A DNA stretch of 64,000 nt, from IMG/VR virus record IMGVR_UViG_3300013426_000029, positions 27,134-91,133 of that record, one strand, 5' to 3'. Within the stretch, counting starts at the first letter, position 1; every line of letters begins with the position of its first letter. Source of the DNA: a virus. Its lineage: Duplodnaviria; Caudoviricetes. Position numbers and translations under genes: made by a program. The notes under the pieces are model-generated. The model had not been told where the DNA came from, did no database searches, and was given only the letters and a program-made list of their open reading frames with translations. Positions 54,277 through 64,000 of the stretch are shown piece by piece.

Positions 54277-56201
54277 TTATATAAACCTTCTTCTCCGTAA
54301 TTATTTGCTTTTTCTCTCTTGTATATCACTTGTTGCTGATATTGTCTTGCTTTAGACTCACCATAAGATATCTTATTTTCATCTGCATTTGCACCATTAA
54401 TAATATTATTGTTTATAGGAATATAAATATTAGCTCTATAAAGTTTATTATTATTAAACGAAACCCAATTATGATCTAATTCATATTTTTCATATTTATT
54501 ACTTTTTGAGTTCTTACTAGATAATGCATCTTCAACTCTTGTATATAATTCATCATCAGAAGAAACGTCTTTAACAAAATCAGAATTGTGTAATTGTTCT
54601 TTTTTACCAAGTGTTAAATTATATGCCTTATCGCTTGAAACACCTTCAAGTACTAAGAATGCTCCAAAGTATTTAGGATTAGGTAATCCGTTACTTCCAA
54701 CTAAATATCCAAGTCCTATTTTCTTTAATAAATATGCTTTCTTAATTTCATAATCTTTTGTTCCTTGTTTAACTCCTAACTATTTAAGTTTAGTAACAAC
54801 TTTACTATATTGATTCATTATATCAAAGTTAACTCTACCGTCAGAAGTTTTAGGAAGGATTACACGAATAGCTCCAGCATTAGGATTAATCATTACATCT
54901 TTAAAGCTTTGTGGATCAATTGCCTAATCACCAAATGTAATCCCTTTAGCATTTTTCATAATATATCCAATATTAGAATCGTGAATATAGCTAGATAATG
55001 ATTTATCTTCATCAAGGCCAGGAGTAGTCCCGTAATAATTACCATCTACCTACATAGAAGTACGTCCAACTAATACAGTATTTGTTTGTATATCTCCACC
55101 TTGCCCAGTTTGCATTTGTTCCCAAAATCCAACTTTACTTTTATCATGAGCGTCTAAAGCTTCGCTTGATGAACTCCCACTTTTAGTTAATTTATTATCT
55201 GTACCAAGATATTTAACTTTATAAGCACTATCTTGTTTTAATTGTCCAGACAAATAATCAATAACTAATTTCTATGTAGCTGCTTCTGGATCTATAATAC
55301 CAGTTTTAATAGCTGCCCAAGTTTTTACATTTGCTGGAAGAGTTTCTCTTAAATAATTAACATAAGCTTTAATTTGTTCTCCGTTAGAATCTGTTTTAGT
55401 GCTATATGCATATTTACCAGGAAGTGCAGCCTAAAGATATTTTATCTAATCTTCTTTACTAAGTTTCTAAAATGTTTGTAGTCCTTGTAATGCTTCAGCT
55501 CCACCCAATCCCTATTCTTCATACTTATAACTACCTAAACTTATATTAGCATCTTTAAGCATCTTTGTAAAAGACGTAAATCCAACTCCACTTTGAATTG
55601 TATCTGTTAAAATATCAGATTTAGGGAATGTAGTACTATTAGAATACTATCTTAGCCAAGCAAGATTAGAATTAGTTAATAAATTATAACTGCTTTTATT
55701 CTAAATATATTGTTCAAGAGTTAATTCTGTTATCTTTCCTTTTTCATCCTAAGCTAATAAATTACCAGTTGAAGTAATAGCAACTTCTCCAAAACTTCCA
55801 TTATCTTTTGCAGTTTTTATTGCGTCAGAAAATTTCTCTTTATTAGCTTTTGCTATTTTTATTTTATAAAGATTATTTAAATAAGTTAATGCAATATTAT
55901 CATAATCTTGTCCAATTAAGTTAGCAGTACTTAAATCTTCCTATAAATTACGTACAATTGATTTCATTTCATTTGGTAATGCATCAACATCTTTAAGCAT
56001 ATTAAATAAATCTTTTTCTGTCAACTTTCCTTTATCTGAATCATCTTTCTGCTATTTTGAATCTTTTAATGTAATAGAATCAGATTCACTATTAATAGTA
56101 CGTGTAGGAGTATTCTCTCCTATAATAGGAGTCTGAATTGCATTAAAAGTGGTGAAAAAGGAGCTAACTCCTCCACCTGCTAATTTTGGTATTATTTTCA
56201 T
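54273..56201 (-). CDS. Putative virion cargo protein E (642 aa, TAG=Gln)
   Basis: MKIIPKLAGGG start; ATGA overlaps with both neighbours; fragment 55050-55253 in frame. Confidence 0.8.
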
Positions 56202-59068
56202 TTGATAGTTTTCTTTATCATTTGTAATGAAGAATAACTAAGCTTACCTCCATTTTTAAGTAATGGATTGTTTTTTCTTAACTGTGCTAAATAATCAAAT
56301 TGCGCCTATATTGCTTCAGATTCTAATTTTTGTTGATCTTCATAATATTTCCATTGTAAATCTTTTATTTTTTGTAAATAATCTTTATACCAATCAGTAT
56401 TAGTATATAAAGCATCTTCTCCATTTATCTTCCTATAATTGGCTTTATTATTTTCAAATTCATTAGATACTCTTTGCATTTCAAATTTAAAATCATTTTC
56501 TAATTTTTTTCTTTTAATATCCCAAGGACGCTAAAATTGTTCATTAGATAAAGTTAATTTGGTAGCCTTATATCTTTTTTCTTCATTTCGTTTATCTGCT
56601 TCAGCCAATGCCTGTTTTTGTCTTAATTCAGCCTCTTTGGTAGCAATTAATGAATTACTAGAATCTAAATTAGTTTTTTGTCTATTGGCTTCAATTTCTG
56701 CTGTTTTTGCTATTGCGTTATTTATTTCTTTAATGTTATTAGTAGCTACAGCATTACGTAATGCTATATTTTTTTCTTGTCTTGCTAATGCTTCTTTAGC
56801 TGTTTCAGAAATAATTTCATTATCTTTTAATGCTCCTTGCATTCTTACATCTGCAGCATTAATACTTCCATTTGCTGATTTTAATGCATTAAGCATTGCA
56901 TCAGATGTTTCTACAGTATTTGCATTTCTTTGTATATTAGCCGCCTACTAATTATATGCTTGTTTAGTACCAAACGCGCCAACAACAGGAGAATATAATT
57001 CGTATGGATTTATTAAATCTGGATGTACTGCATCTTTTAATGAATCAGCAATTCTATTATTAGTAGCTATAGTATTTGCATATCTAGCTATACTTAAAGC
57101 ATCTGGAACGAATTCTTTTAATTTATTAGGATCAAAAGGTGTTTTCTTTTTTCCTTCTGTTCTATTAACATCAGAACCTTCTCCAAAACTTGTAGGTGTA
57201 ATTTCGTAATCAGACCAATTTGTATTTCCTATAGTTGTAGTTGTAGCCGCATCTGAAACTTTATATTTATTTCTATCAAAATTATCTGCAACATAATGTT
57301 TTACTCCATTAGCATCTTTATAATAATAACGAATACCTTTTCTCATAAAATCATTATGCCTATTACCAAGTAATTGATCGTTTCTTATTGCTTGAACATA
57401 TGCAGCAAGATTTTTATAAGGACTTTTTGTCGATTTTCTACCATACGCATCTTTATTATTTAAAGTCCAAGAAGTTCTTAAATTACCATCTTTATCAAAA
57501 AATGAAGCTTTACTTCCAGTTGGTAAACTTGAATCAACTTTTTTTGCCCATTGATAGAATAAATTATTCTACATTGTGTTTTTATCTGATGCATTCATAT
57601 ATTCTGCAGCAGAAGCAACTAATGCGTTTGTAAAGTCTCTATATGCTTGATTTGCTTCAACAGCGGTAGCATAATTTTTCCCTTTAGTAGAATAATCTGA
57701 ATAATTTTTATCAGTTTTATAACGAGATGAAATACTTCCTGCTCCGTTGTTTCCATAAGCAGTTCCATATACACCTTTATCGTTTATACCATAAATGTTA
57801 GTAAAATCCCAGTTAGATTTATATTGAGTATTTGGATCATTATATTCTAATAATCCTTCATATGGATTATAAACTTTAGAACCATCTGCAAATTTTAAAA
57901 CTCCACCTTGTTTATTACTAGTTACTTGTTGTTTTTTTTTATTTATTATATATGGAATTTTATCAGAACTTACTTCTGTAATTGTATTATTACTTCTATC
58001 CCATATCCAACTTGTACCGTATTTAGTATTTAACCCGGGAATATATAATAAATTAGGGTGCTTATCATCAGCTACTCTTAAATGACCCTATCTATATAAA
58101 GCGTTTAATGTTGCCGTTAAACCTAATTTTGTATTTACATTAGTTTTAAAGATTTTAACAATTCTTGGATCTTTTCCAAAACGATAATTTCTATTATATA
58201 AACTATTTCTAAGAATATTAATAAGTCCAGTTGAAGGAACTTTCTGCATTACTGTAGATACTTTGTTTATTATATCCTAATTAAAAGTATTTGCTAAAGA
58301 TGCAGATTTAAATTTATAATTCTATGTTCCCTCTCCATTTACAGAACCATCAGATGTAATTCCAGATGTAGTTCCAGATGCTGTAGTATCAGAATTTGTT
58401 TTAGATGTACCTACTGTACTTAACAAAGTTCTAAAATCAACTCCGTTTGCAGCATTACTTAATGCAAGATAATCACCATTATCTATTTTACCGTCACTAA
58501 TTGCATTAATTGCAGTATTCAATAATGTAGTATAACGTTGTTTATCTTGTTCAGTATAACCTTGAAATTTATTATCAAAGTTAGTTAATATATCGTTTAA
58601 TGCGTTTTTTAAATATGTTGCTCTATTAGTAAGCTCTCGTTTACCGTCTTTATCTGTATCTAAATCTAAGAAATCCTATAATTTTACAGTATCAGAATTA
58701 AATAATTCATTATATAAAGCTTTTCTAATACTATCCTAATCCCATTTAATTTTAGATTTATCTACTGGTTTTTCTATTTCTTTAGACTATCCCATTTTAC
58801 CATAGATATAATTTGCCATTATACCATAATAATCTTTATTTTTCTTATCTGAATTTTTATATCTTCCTTTACTATCGTGAAATCTACCGTCTGTTACTAT
58901 AATAGAACCATCTTTAATTCCAGACATTAAATCATTATAAGCATTCTAAAATTCAGTATAATCTGAATCACCTCTCTTTATAGTATTTAAATAACTCATT
59001 AATCCTGCATCTGCGTCTCTTGCAAGATCGTTGTAGTCATACTGTTTATCATAAAATGTATATGCCAT
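56198..59068 (-). CDS. Putative virion cargo protein F (956 aa, TAG=Gln), coiled-coil C-terminal part
   Basis: MAYTFYDKQ start to TGA 56198; three track fragments in frame; KQGGVLKFADG and KNGGKL motifs. Confidence 0.8.
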
Positions 59069-59080
59069 ATATTTATATAA

Positions 59081-59123
59081 GAAAAAAGAGGAAGAGGAGT
59101 TGATTTATCTCCACTTCCTCTTT
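59081..59123 (-). terminator. Intrinsic terminator after gene G
   Basis: Minus strand AAAGAGGAAGTGGAG-loop-CTCCTCTTCCTCTTT then T run. Confidence 0.8.
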
Positions 59124-59137
59124 AGTGAGTAAAAATA

Positions 59138-59473
59138 TTATTTTCTAATTCTATATGCTAATTTACCGCCCTTTCTAAAAACAGGTTCTCCTTGTTGGGG
59201 CTAACTACCGCCACCTTGTTGCTGCAAGAGTTGCAAGAACATTTGTGCACCCTGTGCTAATGCCTAACAGTCTTGGTTTTGAAGACCTTGAGAAAAGATT
59301 TGAGCTATTTGCATAAGTGGATCACCCCCACCTTGATCTTGAGGTACTTCTTCTTGAGGTACTTCTTCTTGAGGTACTTCTTCTTGTTGAGCTTGCTGGT
59401 CGGGAGCTTGCATTTCTCCACCTTCCTAAAATTTTCTAAAATTACGTCTTGCGTTTTTGTAAGTAATATTCAT
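59138..59473 (-). CDS. Small Gln-rich putative virion protein G (111 aa, TAG=Gln)
   Basis: MNITYKNARRNFRKFQEGG…(QEEVP)3…PVFRKGGKLAYRIRK*; three in-frame TAG. Confidence 0.82.
59341..59385. repeat. 15-bp tandem repeat x3 (encodes QEEVP)
   Basis: GAGGTACTTCTTCTT three times. Confidence 0.95.
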
Positions 59474-59545
59474 AATTAATTTAATTAAATTAAACGTTAA
59501 TATAGATAAATATAGATAAATAAAATATATATTCAAAGTAAATAA

Positions 59546-60121
59546 TTACTACTCTGCGTTTTTATTAGTTACGTATTCTGGTTTTCGGTTATCTTGTTTA
59601 TCAATTTCTTTAAACATTTTCTTACCAAGTCTTATATATATTTTATTTTGCTTTTCAGAATCATCTTGATTTTCCTCTGCTTTTTTTGCCCATCTTATTA
59701 TCTATTTAGTAAAGGCACGTCTAAATATACGTTCTCCTCCATATAAATCCATCTATGTACTTCCATCTGGAGCTAAAACTTTCATTACTGGACCTTCTGT
59801 TAATTCTACTTCATCTCCTTTTTTAATTCCAGAATTTATATTTACTTCTAAAACATATTCTGAATTTGGACAATTAACTAACATTTCATCATTAGGCTCA
59901 GCATGATATACTTTAATTACTTTCATATCATCATTAATAAAGACAATATCTAATGGAATTAAAGTATCTTTCATCCAAAACGATTCCTTATCTGAATCTA
60001 AATAAAATAACATTCCTTCATCTTTAGGAAGTTCTTTTATTTCCTATAAACCTTTTTTCTTTTCTTCAAGAGTTTTAGCTTCTTTTACTTTATATTCTTT
60101 ATTGTTTATTTTTACTACCAT
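59546..60121 (-). CDS. DUF192 domain protein (191 aa, TAG=Gln)
   Basis: A.T.EE..KGL, GMLF, FWMKDTLIPLDIVFI, YVLEVN motifs, contiguous only if TAG is sense. Confidence 0.85.
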
Positions 60122-61203
60122 TGATCAGCAGAAAATAAATCATTGTCGTAATCAGAATTGTTAGTATTATAAGATGCATTTGCCTGATCTTCAGAATAAT
60201 CATTAACTGCACCTTGATAAATACCTTGATCTCCAACTTGCTAATTTATTTGTTCCTCTGATGGCATATCAGATAAATTTAATCCTGCAAACGGATCGTC
60301 AGGATTTGTCTAATTACCATTTTGAGCATTAGCCTAGGTTCTTATAAAATTACCATTATCGTCCCAAGCACCATAAATTTTAGTACCATCTGGCATTGTT
60401 ATAAATGTTCCATTTTGATCCTATGAAGAAGTAGCAGACTATTGTTGTGTGTCATCGCTAAACGGATCCGCTGTATATATGTGCCAAAGATTCTTACCAA
60501 TACTTCTACCAGTTCCCGATAAAGCACCAGCTCCGAGTAATAAAGTCATACCAGGATTCTTATTTGCTTTGTCTTTAATGTATTTAAGATAATTTCCTAA
60601 AGTTTTCGCTTTAGTTATTTCTTCGGCAGTTTTTGTTACAGCTTCTGTTGCAGCTTTTTGTTCTTTGGCCGCATCTTCCATTTTCTTTAAAGCTTCGGCA
60701 CGTTTATCATTAATACCATACATTTTTTGAGATTTATTAATACTTCCAACTAAAGAATTAATTTCTTTCTCTCTTAAAGATTTAGGATTAGTTATCGTTT
60801 TACCAGATTTAGCCAATTCTAATGCACGATTAATACTTCTTTCAGAAACGTTTTTAGGATTAGTGATAGTTTTGTTAGTTCTTGCTAATTCTAAAGCTCT
60901 ACTTTTCAAAGCGTTCTTTCTTAAACTAGATGCGTAATTTGCTAATTTGTTTATTTGTTTTGAAGTTAATTTGTAATTTGTTGGATCTGTGAAAGATTTT
61001 GTTAATTTTGAAAAAAGATTCTATGCTTCTTTTCCAGCACCTGCTTTTTTCATTAAACTATTAAATAACTTTCCAACAGCTTCTGCACCTTCACTTACAG
61101 CTTTCTTTCCGACGTTACTTTCCATAAATCTTGAAACGATTTTGTATACGACACCACCGTTAAGATATTTTGGAATTTCCTAATAATTCTAATAATTATA
61201 CAT
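60112..61203 (-). CDS. Putative virion cargo protein I (363 aa, TAG=Gln)
   Basis: MYNYQNYQEIPKYLNGG start to TAA 60112; fragment 60439-60909 in frame; internal 24-aa duplication. Confidence 0.78.
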
Positions 61204-61208
61204 ATAAA

Positions 61209-62924
61209 TTAATTGTTAATATTATCAATTAAATTTGTTCTATCATCTGTATTGTGTAATAATTCGTATGTAAGAAGTTTACCAGCTTCTAGCGCATACT
61301 TATCATCATTGGTATCTTTGAATTTCTTTTTATATTCTTCTAATTTTTCAGTTACTTCTAATCTTAAGATTACTTCATTTTTTTCTATTTCCGCCTATTG
61401 TTCAATCTTACCATTTTCTTTTTCTGAAACTACAGGAATACCTTTATTAGTAATTCCTTTAATTTCCATATTATGCTTACGAGCGTGTAACGCACCCTCT
61501 GGAATTACATTAATAGCACCTCCATTTTGAAATTCAGGAATAGGTTCAACTAAGTTGATAATACTTTCTTCAATTGGATTAATTAAACAGATAGTAGTTT
61601 CTTTAGTTATAGCACCTCCATTTTGAAATTCAGGAATAGGTTCTGTTAAATTAATATCTGTAGCCTTATTTAACTACATACCTTGTTTTCCATAAGTAAC
61701 TGCACTTTGGTCATAACCTCCTTGTAAAGCAATATTCCTTCTAATATTATTAAATCCTGAAGTTCCAGATTTAGCATCCATTATATCTTCAGTAGTGTTA
61801 GCTATTTGTGATATAAGATTCTATTGTTGTCTAGCGTTTCCAATTTGTGCATTAAATTTGTTTAAAGCACCTCCGCTTAATAGACCAATCTTTTTATTAG
61901 CTAATGCTAGTGTATTATCAATAAATGAATTAGACCCTGTATAAGAAGCACCTACTTTAGAAAATGCATCCCTGTTTTTAGTAATAGAGTCGGTTTTTCT
62001 TCCACCCCAACCGTTAATCCAAGATAATGGAGTAAAGCTAAGAAAACTACTTCCAAGTATTGAATCGGCTTTTGTCATACCATCAGTACTAGCTCCAGTA
62101 AAACCCATTGCTTTACCAAGTAATCCAGCTGCTCCTAATCCAAACTATACAACAGGTCCAACTACTGGAATTACACCTGCAGCTTGTCTTACCGTGTCAT
62201 ATGTTTTATCTAATGTCTCAGTAATCTTTCCATATTTACCTTGATATTCAGATCTATTAGGAATTAAAGGAGAGGCAAAATCAACTATTTGATTTCCAAT
62301 ACCTGCTATATTCTATGCTTTAGTACTTTTTAATCCAGTAGCGTTTTTATTAATAGTAGTTTGTTTCTTTAATGTTTTAGCTATTCCTCCTATTGTGTTT
62401 ATTGCACTACTAGTGATATCAAAAAGTTTATTACTATTATTTTTCTAAGCTTGATTTTTAGCATAAGTGTTATAGCTATCATCATATTTAAAATCAGGTA
62501 ATTTAGTCTATAGCTTAGCATTAAGCCCAGAATCAGTAATATCTACATTAAAATCAGGTAGTTTATACTAATTTGTTAAATTCTAATTAGATTTATCTTG
62601 CCAGGTTTGTCTAAAAAAATTAGGGCCTTTCTAAGTTTTTATACCTATATTATTAGCATATTGACTAGAACTTTGACTTTTAGTATTTACTGTATCATAT
62701 GAAAGCTAATTTGTATTTAAACTATTAGGAAACCAATCATAGATATCATTATACATAGAACTAAAACTGTCTTTAGTTCTATTATTATATGGTCCAACTA
62801 AATTATATATATTCTAATCTGAGATCTACAATGATGGGATATTTAAATTAGAATCAAACTAATTATTTCCATAATTAAACGAACTTGTTGCATTATAGGA
62901 ATTTTGTTTTGTTAAATCTGCCAT
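61209..62924 (-). CDS. Putative virion cargo protein J (571 aa, TAG=Gln)
   Basis: MADLTKQ start to TAA 61209; Gly/Ala-rich hydrophobic segment, EFQNGG twice, VIPEGALHARKH…GIPV…AEIE..EVI. Confidence 0.8.
61513..61643. repeat. 35-bp perfect direct repeat (61513-61547 and 61609-61643)
   Basis: ATAGCACCTCCATTTTGAAATTCAGGAATAGGTTC twice, 96 bp apart, encoding EPIPEFQNGGAI. Confidence 0.92.
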
Positions 62925-64000
62925 TATGAATAACTTATTGAATATAATGCTATAATTGCATGTATTGTTGTTAGTTTTTTACCACTATATCTAATTCTTA
63001 CTTTTAACCATTTATCCTTGATTTTTACTTCTTTATTTTGAGATTCTTCCCAATTCCAAGTAATAACATTACGATCTTTTAAATCGTCAGGTTTTTCATA
63101 GTTATTTAAAGCAGAACCAGCTAAAGGATTCTATCCAATTTCAATTGGAACCAATTCATTTTCCCAATCAGCATTTTTTAATCCAGAACGTGAATCCGTT
63201 TCATTTTTCTAAACAAAGTTAATAGGATTTATTTGAACATACCATTTATCTTCTCTGTAATGCATATTACCTCTAAGTCTATTTGTTTTTGTTAAATCAA
63301 CAGCTTGAGCATGATTCCAGATTCGGTATTCATCAAGTTTTTTATATCTAACTATTTCAGCTCCTGCTAAATTAGAAAAATTTTTAGTATTAATATCATC
63401 TTTTGCATGATAATAATCTTCTATTTCGTTGATAGAATCTTGTCTAGAATAATATAATGGAAATAAAGTTGATTTATCATATAAATCAATTTTATTTGTT
63501 CCATCGTATATCATTCTATGTTTTTCTTTTAGCTTTATGTAATCTTTATCGTATAATATATCTGAACCATTATATTGATAAAGTTCTTTGGTTGCTTCTT
63601 GTCTAATATACATATTTTTTTTATCATCTTTAAAATCAAAGCAATCTCCAATTATTTCATAATGAAATGATTCTGGCTCAGAATTATTGCTAAGTATTTG
63701 TAAAGAATCAAATATTTTATGAACAGAAGAATCATCATTTATATAGAATTCAATTTCAAACGGATGCTATTTATCATACCATTTTGTAGGTTCTATTTCG
63801 TCCTATTCGTCTATTATTCCAGTATGTCCATGTTTCCAAAAATTAGTAGTTAAAAACTACATATTATATTTTGGAATTATAGCAATAGTAGATTTATAAT
63901 AAGATTCATTAGTAGTCATATAATTATTAAAATTATTTTCATATGCTTCTTTTAATGTCTCATTTGTAACATTATACACTGCTTCTACTTTTGCTGATAC
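62924..64000 (-). CDS. C-terminal part of a tail stabilisation-like protein (TAG=Gln); start outside window
   Basis: KIFDSLQILSNNSEPESFHY, REDKWYVQI, KIKDKWLKVRIRYSG as in crAss-like tail proteins; TAATG coupling to gene J. Confidence 0.6.

Noticed and set aside
57932-57940. A9 tract (minus strand) as a frameshift or phase-variation site
   Set aside because: Reads in frame as KKK, and gene F is continuous without slippage.
30156-61530. Plus-strand track ORFs in the right arm (e.g. 34507-34854, 48196-48444, 56559-56951, 59273-59479, 61213-61530)
   Set aside because: Antisense shadows of code-15 genes with Leu/Phe/Ser-rich translations and no motifs.
61513-61643. Mini CRISPR array
   Set aside because: Only two repeats, a 61-bp spacer, in-frame coding sequence and no cas genes.
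26898-64000. Large pseudogenised or non-coding region
   Set aside because: The breaks I checked are all TAG, fragments share frames over kilobases, and merged genes abut with ATGA/TAATG overlaps. This is recoding, not decay.
1-64000. Suppressor tRNA, reverse transcriptase/DGR, integrase or transposase
   Set aside because: None recognised by eye in this window; a tRNAscan-SE and HMM search is needed to exclude them formally.

Overview
AT-rich dsDNA phage segment with the organisation of a crAss-like (Crassvirales, Bacteroidota-infecting) genome. Two arms converge on a hairpin terminator at about 26,850-26,900. The left arm (+ strand, 1-26,847) reads in standard code 11 and holds replication and nucleotide-metabolism genes: phosphoesterase, dUTPase, ATP-dependent ligase, family B DNA polymerase, sigma-70, intein-containing class III RNR with NrdG, an FTR-like protein, thioredoxin, ThyX, an HNH nuclease and many small ORFs. 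It also carries a GC-rich structured ncRNA candidate and a group I intron. The right arm (- strand, 26,898-64,000) looks fragmented in code 11, but with TAG read as Gln (code 15) it resolves into 11 contiguous genes: a partial tail stabilisation-like protein, putative cargo proteins and four giant virion proteins. One giant is a virion RNA polymerase of about 3,328 aa interrupted by two group I introns, one splitting the catalytic DYDID motif. The most striking unexplained pattern is that at every junction between the four giant genes the upstream protein ends in a near-terminal Cys and the next begins with one, while the two outer ends lack Cys. This suggests head-to-tail disulfide chaining of ejected proteins. 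All product calls are motif-based by eye with no database searches. Code-15 frames were checked at ends and at ORF-track fragments, not at every codon.
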